A DNA stretch of 59,140 nt, the filler included. It is 9 parts of 9 records of this genome, joined end to end, with 100 filler letters (N's around TTAATTAATTAA, not from the genome) between each part and the next. Parts side by side here need not be neighbours in the genome. Positions count along the whole stretch, not along the records: positions 1 to 7,092 come from SRR31147125_13277; positions 7,193 to 13,302 come from SRR31147125_13279; 7 more parts are not named here. One strand, written 5' to 3'. Below, piece by piece: positions 1 through 10,751 of this stretch. Position 1 is the stretch's first letter. The number at the start of each line of letters is the position of its first letter. The position numbers and the translations under genes are program-made. The notes beneath the pieces are model-generated. The model did no database searches. It worked only from the letters and a program-made list of their open reading frames with translations, and had not been told where the DNA came from.

Positions 1-2
1 GT

Positions 3-185
3 CATTCGCCGTCACAGGCGAAAGCCTTTGCAGACAAGGTATTGATGATAAAGAATGGAATGGTCTACAAAGACGAGGATGTAAGAATTTTGGATAATCA
101 GGATGTTTTACATGATTTGTATTGCATCGATATAGACGGAATTGATGATAAAAGAATACGTAATTATATAACAAAAACAGCATAA
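3..185 (+). CDS. C-terminal fragment of an ABC transporter ATP-binding protein (iron-complex/cobalamin type); 5' truncated
   Basis: Frame 3 reads HSPSQAKAFADKVLMIKNG...KTA*, matching the H-switch/'ADxvlxxxxG' C-terminus of FepC/BtuD-like ATPases. Not in the ORF track because it has no start. Confidence 0.6.
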   Translation, partial: HSPSQAKAFADKVLMIKNGMVYKDEDVRILDNQDVLHDLYCIDIDGIDDKRIRNYITKTA

Positions 186-196
186 AGGAGAATAGA

Positions 197-502
197 ATGG
201 ATAAACCCAAATATCATATATTTGTTTGCAGCAGTGCAAGGATAAATGGACCAGTTCAGGGAGTGTGCTATAAAAAGGAGTCCCACGACATATTGCAAAG
301 CTTTGTAGAGGAAGTAAGCGATAGAGATTTAAGCAGTGAAGTTATGGTGTCCCACATGGGATGTGTTGGGCTTTGCTCAATGGGGCCCATTGTGATGGTT
401 TACCCCCAGCAAACTTGGTATGGCAAAGTGACACCGGATGACGTGGAGGAGATAATGGATGCGCTGGAGGAAGGCGAAGAGGTAAGTGAATTACAGATAT
501 AA
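197..502 (+). CDS. Thioredoxin-like [2Fe-2S] ferredoxin (Clostridium pasteurianum type)
   Basis: HIFVC...GVC...GCVGLCSMGPIVMVYP..WYG.VT.DDV motif with 4 Cys; AAGGAG RBS. Confidence 0.9.
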   Translation: MDKPKYHIFVCSSARINGPVQGVCYKKESHDILQSFVEEVSDRDLSSEVMVSHMGCVGLCSMGPIVMVYPQQTWYGKVTPDDVEEIMDALEEGEEVSELQI

Positions 503-608
503 AAGGGCGAAATGTGAGCCTGAGAAGAAGGTATATCGTATTGGATAGTATATTGAAGGCTTGATATGGTTTTAGCATTTTGCCAGCAGAAAAACGAATT
601 TTACAGCC

Positions 609-645
609 ACACCTTGATTATATTGAAATAATCGGGGTGTTTTTT
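609..645 (+). terminator. Rho-independent terminator after the ferredoxin gene
   Basis: ACACCTTGATTA / TAATCGGGGTGT 12-bp stem (2 G-U pairs) followed by a T run. Confidence 0.75.
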
Positions 646-735
646 ACGAAAATCATTCATACATACTGATTGTGCATATCTGCAATGCGTCGTTATTAAC
701 TTTTTGTGTTATTTGGCAGACTCTAGTTAAAAACT

Positions 736-765
736 TTGACATTAGAACAAATAAAGTACTATAAT
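736..765 (+). promoter_or_regulatory. Sigma70/SigA promoter of the two-component operon
   Basis: TTGACA (736-741), 18 nt spacer, TATAAT (760-765); both hexamers are perfect consensus. Confidence 0.75.
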
Positions 766-824
766 ATTTTATGGAAAGTGATAAAATACTAATAATTAAG
801 TTTTTTATTAGTTGAGCTGATTAT

Positions 825-2465
825 TTGGATATGAAAGTGGTAAAGTATATGGCTGAGACCAAATTAAAAGTTATCATTGCAGATGACGAATTTCGCATTG
901 GAATGCTTATTAAAAAGCTTGTTAAGTGGGACGAGCTTAATTTGGAATGTGCCAAAATCGTTGATAACGGGAAAGCCGCTCTTGAAGCGATTTACCAAGA
1001 GGCTCCGGATATAGTAATTACCGATATACAAATGCCTATATTAAACGGGCTGGAGCTAATTGCAAAAGCAAGTAAGGATTATAAAAATATTAAGTTCATC
1101 GTCATAAGCGGATATAAGGATTTTGAGTATGCGCATAAGGCTTTACAGTATGGCGTTAATTCCTATTTGTTAAAGCCGATTAACGGAAAAGAGCTGAATG
1201 ATTCTCTGCGCAAGACAGCTAAAAACCTAAATGAGAAGATATATAAGGAAAAAGAAGAAGAAATACATAAAAAAGAAATTCATACGAGTAAAAATATCAT
1301 AAAGAGAAATATATTAAAAAACATTATCGATAAACAGGCAGTGCCATCACATGATGAGATAAAAGATAGATATGGAATAAGTCTGGATTACCCTCTGTAT
1401 CGTGCTATTGATATAAAATTGGACTATTGGAACTTTGAAAAAACAAATAAAAGACAGGACAGTATTACATTAGAGAAAATTACAGGTATTATAGAGAATG
1501 CATTCGATGATAAATTGATAAAGGAATTAATCTATACTGCTGATTCACTGCATATTTACTGCCTTGTAAACTACAGGATTGAAAAGGCCAAAGATGTGCT
1601 AAACGCTGTTAATACCATATTAATAGAGATAGAAGACTATTTGCTTAGATTTGAACAGTACGAGGTAACCATAGGAATCGGCGAGCAGAAAAGTAAGTTC
1701 ATCGACGTATTTGAATCAGTTAAAGAAGCGTTAAAAGCTGTCAACAATAGAATAGGAATTGGCACAGGCAGACTGATTTATTTTAAAGTTTTTCATATTG
1801 ATACCAAAGCATTGATAAAGGAAGCATTTGAAAAGCATAGTGAAAGTTATGTAAACAGTATACATTCTTATTCTGTAAATGAGTTCAGAAAATGTGTGGA
1901 TGATATTTTTGATGAAATTACCCTGCATAAAGATATTGATTTTTCGTATTACTATTATTTGAGCAAAATGATGATGGAAGTGTTTTTTGAAAATATTGAA
2001 GAAAAGGATGAGGACGGGGAGAAACTGAAGCAGCATTTATTAGATGTGTATCAGCATTGCTATACTATAACCAAATTAAAGGATTTGTTTATAACACATT
2101 TAAGTCAGTATCTAAAATCATATTTAAAAACTCTAGAAATAAAATCTACAAAACCTATAAGAGAAGCAAAAAGATATGTAGAAGCAAACTACTCAAAAAA
2201 AATTACTCTAGAAGATATTGCCGAGATAGTGGATTTAAACCCTGTATACTTCAGTGTGCTTTTTAAAAAGGAAACAGGGCTTAATTTCAGCGCTTACTTA
2301 GTTGGAGTAAAGATGGAAAAGGCTAAGGAAATGCTGAAAGACACAAACGAGACCATTGCAGCAATTGCAGGCATATTAGGATATAAAGATGTAAGATATT
2401 TTAGCAGACTGTTTACAAAAACCGTTGGCGTTAAGCCGACCGTATACAGAAGATTGTATTCATAG
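825..2465 (+). CDS. Response regulator, receiver + AraC HTH (YesN-type); the real start may be ATG 831 or 849
   Basis: IIADDE...DIVITDIQMP...YLLKP receiver; C-terminal AraC signature (YFSVLFKKETG...GYKDVRYFSRLF). Confidence 0.92.
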   Translation: MDMKVVKYMAETKLKVIIADDEFRIGMLIKKLVKWDELNLECAKIVDNGKAALEAIYQEAPDIVITDIQMPILNGLELIAKASKDYKNIKFIVISGYKDFEYAHKALQYGVNSYLLKPINGKELNDSLRKTAKNLNEKIYKEKEEEIHKKEIHTSKNIIKRNILKNIIDKQAVPSHDEIKDRYGISLDYPLYRAIDIKLDYWNFEKTNKRQDSITLEKITGIIENAFDDKLIKELIYTADSLHIYCLVNYRIEKAKDVLNAVNTILIEIEDYLLRFEQYEVTIGIGEQKSKFIDVFESVKEALKAVNNRIGIGTGRLIYFKVFHIDTKALIKEAFEKHSESYVNSIHSYSVNEFRKCVDDIFDEITLHKDIDFSYYYYLSKMMMEVFFENIEEKDEDGEKLKQHLLDVYQHCYTITKLKDLFITHLSQYLKSYLKTLEIKSTKPIREAKRYVEANYSKKITLEDIAEIVDLNPVYFSVLFKKETGLNFSAYLVGVKMEKAKEMLKDTNETIAAIAGILGYKDVRYFSRLFTKTVGVKPTVYRRLYS

Positions 2466-2474
2466 AGGTATATT

Positions 2475-3482
2475 ATGAATTTATCTAGAACAGCGGGAAT
2501 ACTAATAATAATTCAAATGATTTTAGCCGTGGCTTTCGGCATTGAAATCAGTTTCCAAATTATTCCTAGATTATATTTGTATGTATTAATTGTTGTACAG
2601 TTAATCATTATTTTTGATGCATATTATTTTATTTATTTACCGTCAAGAAAATTAAATATTATATTGGATAAGTGTTTGGATGAAAAAACGGACGCTGAAA
2701 AGGTGCTCGAGAACAAAAAAGATACTGTTCCGTTTGTTGAAAAAATAAAGGATGTGGTTGATGTATGTTCCACCAATGCAACAAGAGATAATTATGCGAC
2801 AATTTATGGTAAACAGGCTGAATTAACAGCTTTGCAGAGCCAGATAAATCCGCATTTTTTATATAATACTTTGGATACCATACGCGGTCAGGCGATGATT
2901 GACGATAATTTGGAAATAGCCGAAATGGTAGAAGCTCTAGCTGGATTTTTCAGATATGGAATAAGCATAAAGGGCGAACTCGTTACATTACGTGAAGAGA
3001 TTGCTAATGTTAAAAACTATATGATGATTCAGCAGTATAGATTCAATAACAGATTTTCACTAGAGATTATATTAGATAAAGAGGATGAGGCAGCTTATGA
3101 CTATTTGGTACCAAGATTAATAATCCAGCCTATTATTGAAAATGCCATTTATCATGGCTTAAGACAAATATTAAAGAACGGCATTATTACTATTGAAGTT
3201 ATCCTTACGGAAAAAACGCTAATTTTAATGATATCTGATAACGGCCAAGGAATGGACAGTGAAAAATTGATGCAGGTAAATAAAATAATAAGAGCAAAAG
3301 ATAAAATAATAGATAACGAAGATGATACAGGAGGCACGGGAATAGCTCTGCCTAATATTAACAAAAGGATTAAGCTGTTGTTCGGTGAAGAATATGGTAT
3401 AAACGTATACAGCACATTAGAATTTGGAACAGATGTAGAAATTGTTTTACCTGCAAATTATAAAAGGGATATGGTAAGCTGA
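2475..3482 (+). CDS. Sensor histidine kinase, YesM/LytS class, with two closely spaced TM helices and no extracellular sensor domain
   Basis: LQSQINPHFLYNTL H-box, QPIIENAIYHG N-box, DNGQG and GTGIAL G-boxes. Confidence 0.92.
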   Translation: MNLSRTAGILIIIQMILAVAFGIEISFQIIPRLYLYVLIVVQLIIIFDAYYFIYLPSRKLNIILDKCLDEKTDAEKVLENKKDTVPFVEKIKDVVDVCSTNATRDNYATIYGKQAELTALQSQINPHFLYNTLDTIRGQAMIDDNLEIAEMVEALAGFFRYGISIKGELVTLREEIANVKNYMMIQQYRFNNRFSLEIILDKEDEAAYDYLVPRLIIQPIIENAIYHGLRQILKNGIITIEVILTEKTLILMISDNGQGMDSEKLMQVNKIIRAKDKIIDNEDDTGGTGIALPNINKRIKLLFGEEYGINVYSTLEFGTDVEIVLPANYKRDMVS

Positions 3483-4891
3483 TGAAAAAAGAAGTATTGG
3501 TTCTGAATGATTATAGTGTGAAAATAAGCAATGCTGTAAGCTTAGCCAATATTTCATTAGCACTGATGGAAGGCGAGTGTACAGCTATTTTAGGTTTATT
3601 AAGTTCCGGCAAGTCAGAATTGGTGAAAGTAATAAGCGGCGATAAATGGTCAAAAAAGTGCAGAATAATTTTAGATAACACTTTTGTCGATGAGCCTGAG
3701 CAAATAGAGAAAAAAACACATAAGATAGCTGAAATAAACTATGCCATTTCAGACTGGACAGTGGCTGAATACATAGGGTTGGTGTCAAAAGCGCAAATGC
3801 CGTGGATATTTGAAAGAAGCAGACTGATAAAAGAGATAAAAACTCTCTTTGATGAATTAAATATACCTGTTGATGCAGGTAAAAGGCTAAACGATTTGTC
3901 GGAAGTTGAAAAAAGGCTGGTAGATTTAGTCAAAGCATATAGAAAGAAATCAAGAATACTGATAATTGAAGATGAGTTCAGCGGGCTTACTAATGAAGAG
4001 CTTGTGCGTTTCAAAAATACAATGGATAGAATTATTAAGAATAATATTACCGTTGTCATTAATGCGAATTCAAATAATGTCAATAAAATACTTGCTGATA
4101 ATTATGTAATATTAAAAAAAGGTCAGATAATAAAAAAGTGCAGAAAGGACAAAATAAAGAATGCTAACCAGTTAGAAAGAGTACTGCTGGAAACATCAAA
4201 CACTCTTCCTGCGAAAAACTATGATATAAGACAAAGCGATGATTTTGAAAAAAAGGATACAGTATATAGGGTAGAAAATCTGGCAATAAGCAATACTAAG
4301 ACTATTGACTTATCTTTTGCCAAAGGTCAGGTTACAACGATCCTTACTCTTAAACGAAATGAAAAAGAGAGAGTTTTTAAAATCCTTTCAGGCAGAGAAA
4401 TAGACAAAAGTATTATAATAACTGTTGACGGAAAACAATCTGCTTTAAATAATATTGCTGACTTTGTAAAAAATAAAATTGTGTCAATTAATCAACTAGG
4501 TGCATGGGATGAACTGCTTCCTAAAATATCCGTAGGAGAAAATATATTAATGCCGTCACTTAATAAGTTTACTGCATATGATTATTTAAAAAATGGAAAA
4601 CATATGGATAGCATGATTGAAAACCAGCTTTTGGAGAAAGGAAAAGAGCATAACATAGATATCGACAGCAAAAAGTCACTTCAAGGTATTTTTATTATAT
4701 TGGAAAGATGGTATATATTCAAACCAAAGGTTCTGATTTTGTTTGAACCGTTTTATCAGTGTGACATATATGGTTCGTCTATTGTTAAGACGTATATAAA
4801 TAAATTTATAAGAGTTGGTACATCGGTTATTATTGTAAAATCGAGGAGAACAGATATTGAGGATATATCTCATAATATAATCAGGATATAA
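3482..4891 (+). CDS. Degenerate tandem ABC-ATPase-like protein (RbsA/MglA-like fold)
   Basis: GLLSSGKS Walker A-like, LSEVE and ILIIEDEF in domain 1; domain 2 lacks Walker A and has VLILFEPF; start overlaps the kinase stop (TGATG). Confidence 0.75.
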   Translation: MKKEVLVLNDYSVKISNAVSLANISLALMEGECTAILGLLSSGKSELVKVISGDKWSKKCRIILDNTFVDEPEQIEKKTHKIAEINYAISDWTVAEYIGLVSKAQMPWIFERSRLIKEIKTLFDELNIPVDAGKRLNDLSEVEKRLVDLVKAYRKKSRILIIEDEFSGLTNEELVRFKNTMDRIIKNNITVVINANSNNVNKILADNYVILKKGQIIKKCRKDKIKNANQLERVLLETSNTLPAKNYDIRQSDDFEKKDTVYRVENLAISNTKTIDLSFAKGQVTTILTLKRNEKERVFKILSGREIDKSIIITVDGKQSALNNIADFVKNKIVSINQLGAWDELLPKISVGENILMPSLNKFTAYDYLKNGKHMDSMIENQLLEKGKEHNIDIDSKKSLQGIFIILERWYIFKPKVLILFEPFYQCDIYGSSIVKTYINKFIRVGTSVIIVKSRRTDIEDISHNIIRI

Positions 4892-4981
4892 TACCATTTT
4901 AAATTAAAATTTTACCCATTTGTAATATTAGTTCTATATGACGATATTAATATTTTCACACTTATTCTAAAGCTTCACCCA

Positions 4982-5009
4982 TTGTAAATAAATATAGCTC
5001 ACGTATAAT
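4982..5009 (+). promoter_or_regulatory. Probable promoter of the sugar-binding protein gene
   Basis: TTGTAA (4982-4987), 16 nt spacer, TATAAT (5004-5009); AAGGAGG RBS follows. Confidence 0.5.
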
Positions 5010-5050
5010 TTAGACATACGAAAAATTTAAGGAATGTTAAGGAGGACATC

Positions 5051-6037
5051 ATGAAGAGAAGAATTTTAGTAGTAGTATTAGCACTGACTTTGTTTGCAAG
5101 TGTTTTTGCAGGCTGCCAAAAAACTGATGAAGCAGCACCGACAGAAAGCACAAAAACAGGCGAAGATTTAACTTTTGTTATCGTTCCAAAATGCGTACAC
5201 GCATGGTTCGACGAAGTAAATAAAGGTGCTGTGCTACAAGCTGAAGCACTAGCCGAACAGCTTGGCGTAAACGTAAAAATCGACTATCGTGCACCTCAAA
5301 GTGCTGACGTTGTTGAACAAAACTCAGTTTTAGAGCAGGCAGCAGCAACAAAACCTGATGGTATTGCACTTGATCCGGTTGACTATGAAGGAAGCAAAGC
5401 AGTTATTGAAGAAATTCAAGCTCGCGGAATTCCAGTAATTCTGTTTGATTCACCAGCTCCGGAGGGTTCAGATCTGACAAGTGTTGGCAACGATTTTGCA
5501 GAACAAGCAGAATTAGCTGCTGAAAAATTAGCAGAGTTAATTAACTACGAAGGAAAAGTTGCAGTAATGCAAGGCTTCCCGTCAGCGCCAAACCACGCTG
5601 AACGTTATCAAGCACACCTTGATACACTGGCTAAATATCCGAATATCGAAGTTATCGAGGGCGGAATAGACAATGATAACCTTGAAGAGGCACAATCACA
5701 AGCAGCAGCTGTATTGGCAGCTAACCCTGATTTGGTAGGATATTTAAACTGTGATGCTTGCGGTACCGGTATTGCAGCAGCAATCGAAGAAGCAGGCAAA
5801 GTTGACCAAGTTAAGTTTGTTTCAATGGATAACTTGATTGAGATACTCGAATATGTAAAATCAGGTACAATTACAGCTACATCTTCAACAATTCCACAAA
5901 TGCAGGGCTCTATGGCAGTTCTAATGATGTGGCAAGCATCAATAGGCATGGAGATACCAAAAGTTGTTGATACAGGTATTGCATATATTGATCAATCAAA
6001 TATCGATGAATGGATTGAGATGGTAGGCGGCGAATAA
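5051..6037 (+). CDS. Monosaccharide ABC transporter substrate-binding lipoprotein (RbsB family)
   Basis: Lipobox FAGC; GIPVILFDS and other periplasmic binding protein type I motifs. Confidence 0.9.
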   Translation: MKRRILVVVLALTLFASVFAGCQKTDEAAPTESTKTGEDLTFVIVPKCVHAWFDEVNKGAVLQAEALAEQLGVNVKIDYRAPQSADVVEQNSVLEQAAATKPDGIALDPVDYEGSKAVIEEIQARGIPVILFDSPAPEGSDLTSVGNDFAEQAELAAEKLAELINYEGKVAVMQGFPSAPNHAERYQAHLDTLAKYPNIEVIEGGIDNDNLEEAQSQAAAVLAANPDLVGYLNCDACGTGIAAAIEEAGKVDQVKFVSMDNLIEILEYVKSGTITATSSTIPQMQGSMAVLMMWQASIGMEIPKVVDTGIAYIDQSNIDEWIEMVGGE

Positions 6038-6070
6038 TAGTTTGATGTAAGAAACTTAACAAAAAGAACT

Positions 6071-6112
6071 AAGGGACTTTTGGCTTGATTATAAAAGTCA
6101 TCGGTCCCTTTT
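6071..6112 (+). terminator. Intercistronic stem-loop after the binding-protein gene (mRNA stabiliser or weak terminator)
   Basis: AAGGGAC / GTCCCTT outer stem, TGGCTT / AAGTCA inner stem, short T tail. Confidence 0.5.
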
Positions 6113-6123
6113 AAATAAGGAGT

Positions 6124-7092
6124 ATGTCTGTGAAAGTTTTAGAGGCAAAAAATATAACAAAATTGTTCCCGGGAGTAGTAGCCTTAGATTCGGCAGATAT
6201 TACCATCAAAAAAGGCGAAATTCATTGCATCATAGGCGAAAATGGAGCAGGGAAATCTACATTAATAAAGTGCCTGACAGGAGTTTATACGCCTGAAAAG
6301 GGAAGCATATTTATTGAAGGGAAAAATACAAAAAAGCATAAAGACTTATTTGGTAAAATCGCATATGTGCCTCAGGAGATTGATTTATTTAATCATATGA
6401 CAGTGGCGGAGAATTTATTTATGCCTTTTGAAAAATCGGGATTTAAAGGTATAGTGAATAAAAAACTGATGGAAGAAAAGGCGGTTCCGCTGCTTAAGAA
6501 GTTTGGACTAAATGTAAAACCTGATGATTTAGTAAAGGATATTTCGGTTTCAGCTCAGCAATTGGTACAGAGTGTGCGTGCAATTGCCCACGAAGAATAT
6601 GAAATACTGATGCTTGATGAACCGACAACCAGCTTAACGGGCGAGGATGCAAAAATACTTTTTGAGATTATCAAGGAAATAAAAAACCAGAACAAAGCAG
6701 TAATTTTTATTTCCCATAAATTAGAGGAGATATTTTCATTAGGTGATGTGCTGACAGTATTTAAAAACGGTCAGAAAGTTGCATATTCAGAAATAGAAAA
6801 GGTCGATATACCTTGGGTTATATCTCAAATGACCGGTAAAGAATTAGATCAGAACAAGGTTTACTATTCGGACAAAGTGACGGATGAAGTATTGCTGGAG
6901 GTCGAAAATTTAACAGGAGAGAGCTTTACAAATGTAAGCTTTAAGCTCCATAAGGGTGAAATTTTAGGTTTTTCGGGATTGGTTGGCGCAGGAAGAAGCG
7001 AGCTGATGCAGGCGATTTTTGGGTACTTACCTATTTATAAGGGTACGGTAAAGCTGAATGGAATGGCATGGAAGAGAGGCGACACAAATTTT
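6124..7092 (+). CDS. Sugar ABC transporter ATP-binding protein (RbsA/MglA); 3' truncated by contig end
   Basis: GENGAGKST, LMLDEPT, FISHKL, second domain GLVGAGRSE; all canonical. Confidence 0.93.
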
Positions 7093-7192
7093 NNNNNNNN
7101 NNNNNNNNNNNNNNNNNNNNNNNNNNNNNNNNNNNNTTAATTAATTAANNNNNNNNNNNNNNNNNNNNNNNNNNNNNNNNNNNNNNNNNNNN
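7093..7192. other. Artificial contig spacer
   Basis: 44 N + TTAATTAATTAA (stops in all frames) + 44 N. Confidence 0.99.
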
Positions 7193-8133
7193 CAGGAGAT
7201 AAACTGCGTATCAAAGGCAATTCCGCCAGTCAGAATAATCGCGTCAATGTGGCCTTTTAACACAGCAGCGTGTGAGCAAATTTCCTTTGACACCTGATAA
7301 GCCATTGCTTTGTAAACAAGTTCAGCCATTTCGTTGCCAGCCTGGATTTGTTCTCTGACTTTTCTCATATCGTTTAGGCCCAGGTAAGCAACAATGCCTC
7401 CTTCTCCTTTTATCATTTTTTGGATTTGCTTTGGTTCAAACAAGCCGGAAAAACAGAGTCTGGTTAAATCACCTGCCGGTAATGTGCCTGATCGTTCCGG
7501 TGAGAACGGACCTTCACCATCCAGGGCATTGTTCACATCAATCACATTTCCCAGATGATGTGATGCAACGGATACACCACCGCCCAGGTGAGCAACAATC
7601 AGATCTAATTCAGCATAACTTTTATCAAGTTCGGCTGCGGCTTTGCGGGCAACAGCCTTTTGGTTAAGCGCATGAAAAATGCTTTTTCTTGGAAATTTTG
7701 GATGACCGGATATTTTTGCTACAGCATCCATCTCATCGACCACAGGGGGATCAACAATAAAGGCAGGTTTATTTGACATCGAACCCAGATTTTTGGCTAA
7801 AATCCCACCAAGATTTGCAGCATGTTGTCCAAGAATGCCATCTGTTAAATGCTGCACCATTAAATCATTTACAATGTAGGTACCACCTGATATAGGTATT
7901 AAAAGCCCTCCTCGTCCCACAAAAGCATCAAAATTTTCTATCTTCTTTCCTTTATTAAGGATGATCTCTTGTATTGCCGCAAAACGGAATTCAAGTTGAT
8001 CAAGAATAGTTGTAAAATGCTTAAGCTGCTCTACTGGATGATGGATTTGTTCCACAAAGATTTCATTTTCACCTTCAAAGCAAGCAACTTTTGTTGAAGT
8101 GGAACCGGGGTTAATAGCAAAAACCTGAAACAT
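7193..8133 (-). CDS. buk: Butyrate kinase; 3' truncated
   Basis: INPGSTSTK, VGRGG, HALNQKAVAR, AHLGGGVS, GPFSPERSG, ILTGG; GGAGG RBS before ATG 8133. Confidence 0.93.
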
Positions 8134-8442
8134 CCAACCTCCGCAGAGATATAAAGTCAATAGTAGTTGGAATTATAACAGACCTGACGAATTATCAATA
8201 TCAATTATTTTTTCAAAGCTGCTGACGTGATTATAACGGAAAATCTGGTTCAGTATCCCTTAATATGCCTAATATAGTAATATAGTCGATATTTTTAAAG
8301 TATTTTATTAAGTAATTTTCAAAACTTTATAAATATTTAAACACTATATACAACGGCTAAACATTTAAAAATATTGCTTGTTACGAGCTGATTTTATTGT
8401 AATGTCGGTACGACGCATCAATGATCCCGCTATACGTGTATT

Positions 8443-8961
8443 TCAGTCACATACTTTAACCAGTGATTCTATTCTGTATTTTTGCAGCCTATCCCGTGCT
8501 TTAAGAAACTCCAATTCGATCAGAAAACAGCACCCTACAACATTGGCACCCAATCGTTCCGTCAATTTTGTCGACGCAAGCACTGTGCCGCCTGTAGCAA
8601 GCAAGTCATCAACAATAAGCACATTTTGGCCCCGCTTCAACGCATCCTGATGGATTTCCAGAGAATCGGTGCCATATTCCAATTCATAACTCTCACTAAT
8701 AGTATGAGAAGGTAATTTCCCTGGTTTGCGAATGGGAACCATACCTACTCCCCATTCATAAGCCAATATGGACGCAAAAATAAATCCGCGGGATTCGATC
8801 CCCAACACCGCATCTATCTTTTCATCTTTAAATAATTCCTGCATCTGTTCAATGGATGCCCGCAAACCGTCTCCATTACCAATAAGAGTTGTTATATCTT
8901 TAAATTGAATACCTTCTTTAGGAAAATCCGGGACCGTCCGAATCAATTCTTCTAAATTCAT
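8443..8961 (-). CDS. apt: Adenine phosphoribosyltransferase
   Basis: PDFPKEGIQFKDIT, ESRGF, RKPGKLP, VLIVDDLLATGGT. Confidence 0.96.
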   Translation of the reverse strand: MNLEELIRTVPDFPKEGIQFKDITTLIGNGDGLRASIEQMQELFKDEKIDAVLGIESRGFIFASILAYEWGVGMVPIRKPGKLPSHTISESYELEYGTDSLEIHQDALKRGQNVLIVDDLLATGGTVLASTKLTERLGANVVGCCFLIELEFLKARDRLQKYRIESLVKVCD

Positions 8962-8980
8962 GTTTGTTTTCCTGTCTGTC

Positions 8981-9256
8981 TTAGTGTGAAATCATAAATT
9001 CTACGTATTTTCCTTCGTATTTACCCCACTTGCACTCTGTAGACGTTACATGTGAATACGACGGACCTCGTTGAAGAGCATTTAGATAGGATTCCACATT
9101 TCCTCTTTTGCCTTCCACCTCGGTTTCTACAGTGCCATCCGGTAAATTGCGCACATATCCAACAAGATCGTTGTTCTTTGCTTCACGAAAAGCAAAATAT
9201 CTAAAACCGACGCCTTGAACGACGCCTTTTACTCGCACAACTAATGAAACATACAT
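8981..9256 (-). CDS. acyP: Acylphosphatase
   Basis: GVVQGVGFR and GYVRNLPDGTVE signatures. Confidence 0.95.
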   Translation of the reverse strand: MYVSLVVRVKGVVQGVGFRYFAFREAKNNDLVGYVRNLPDGTVETEVEGKRGNVESYLNALQRGPSYSHVTSTECKWGKYEGKYVEFMISH

Positions 9257-9419
9257 TATATAATATGATAATTAAAGTCAATCTGGTTTTTGATTACGTG
9301 ATCAAGTAAATACCACCTTTTTGCCAAAACAAATCTGATTTAAATCCCCCAAATTTCGAATTAGCAATATAGTAACATCCATTCTAAAAAATCGGCTTGC
9401 TGTTTTTTTCGACACGTGA

Positions 9420-10715
9420 TTATGGATATAATCTCGACATTGTCCGTGGAAATGGAATGGTTTCACGCACATGCTTTAATCCACAGATCCAGGTCACTGT
9501 CCTTTCAATACCCAATCCAAAACCGGCATGAGGTACAGAGCCATATTTCCTCAGGTCAAGATACCATTTAAAAGCCTCAGAAGGTAAATCGTGTTCATAT
9601 ATTTTTTTCAATAATATGTCCAGATTATCTTCTCTTTGTCCACCACCAATAATTTCTCCATAGCCTTCGGGTGCTAAAACATCCACGCAGAGCGCTCTGT
9701 CCGGTTGATCCGGATCTTCTTTCATATAGAACGCTTTAACAGCTTTTGGGTAATGTGTGACCATGACTGGCCTGTCAAATGTATTGGAAATGATCGTTTC
9801 ATCTGCGCCGCCAAAATCATCACCATAAGTAAATTCCGCGTTTGCGTCCTTTAATATTTTTGCGGCTTCATCATAATGGATACGGGGAAACGGGGCTTTT
9901 ATCTTCTCAAGCGGCGTCACGTCACGTTCCAGGATATCGAGCTCATCTCTTCTTTTCTCAAGTACTCGTTGAACTATTGACACGAGCAATCCCTCTGCCA
10001 GATCCATATCCTGAGCGAGATCACAATAGGCAACTTCCGGCTCGATCATCCAGAATTCAGTCAGATGCCGCCGGGTTTTTGATTTTTCTGCTCTAAAAGT
10101 AGGTCCAAAACAATATACTTTTCCAAATGCCATGGCGCCGGATTCCATGTAAAGCTGACCGCTCTGAGTCAGATAAGCCTTTGTATCAAAATAGTCTGTT
10201 TCAAATAATGTCGATGTGCCTTCGCACGCAGCCGGCGTAAAAATAGGTGCATCCAGAAGCGTAAAACCCAAATCATCAAAATAATCACGACAAGCTTTGA
10301 TGATTTCATGTCTTATCTTCAAAACAGCATGTTGCTTTGCGGAGCGAAGCCATAAATGCCGGTGATCCATCAAAAAATCAATACCGTGTTCTTTGGGAGT
10401 GATTGGATATTCATCTGCTTCGTGAATAATTTTAATATCCTTTACTTGTAACTCATATCCGCCTTTTGCTCTCTTATCTTCCACGACTTTGCCCGTGACC
10501 TGGACCGAACTCTCCTGGGTTAAGCGCATCACATCTTCAAATAATTCTTCGCTTACATCATTTTTAAACAAAACAGCCTGAATGACACCAGTACCATCCC
10601 TGACCATTAAAAATTGAAGCTTTCCTTTATGGGTTTTATTGTAAAGCCACCCTGAAATAGTAACTTCTTGTGATTCGAATTGTCCGATATCGGCAATATA
10701 ACATTTTTCAGCCAT
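9420..10715 (-). CDS. asnS: Asparagine--tRNA ligase (short, 431 aa)
   Basis: OB-fold N-terminus, [51 protein letters not shown]. Confidence 0.93.
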   Translation of the reverse strand: MAEKCYIADIGQFESQEVTISGWLYNKTHKGKLQFLMVRDGTGVIQAVLFKNDVSEELFEDVMRLTQESSVQVTGKVVEDKRAKGGYELQVKDIKIIHEADEYPITPKEHGIDFLMDHRHLWLRSAKQHAVLKIRHEIIKACRDYFDDLGFTLLDAPIFTPAACEGTSTLFETDYFDTKAYLTQSGQLYMESGAMAFGKVYCFGPTFRAEKSKTRRHLTEFWMIEPEVAYCDLAQDMDLAEGLLVSIVQRVLEKRRDELDILERDVTPLEKIKAPFPRIHYDEAAKILKDANAEFTYGDDFGGADETIISNTFDRPVMVTHYPKAVKAFYMKEDPDQPDRALCVDVLAPEGYGEIIGGGQREDNLDILLKKIYEHDLPSEAFKWYLDLRKYGSVPHAGFGLGIERTVTWICGLKHVRETIPFPRTMSRLYP

Positions 10716-10751
10716 ATTCTACTCTTCCTCTCTTTTCGTTTTCCAGAGTCC

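Noticed and set aside
197-502. Ferredoxin as evidence for a nitrogen fixation cluster
   Set aside because: This family is often nif-associated, but no nif gene is visible in the fragment.
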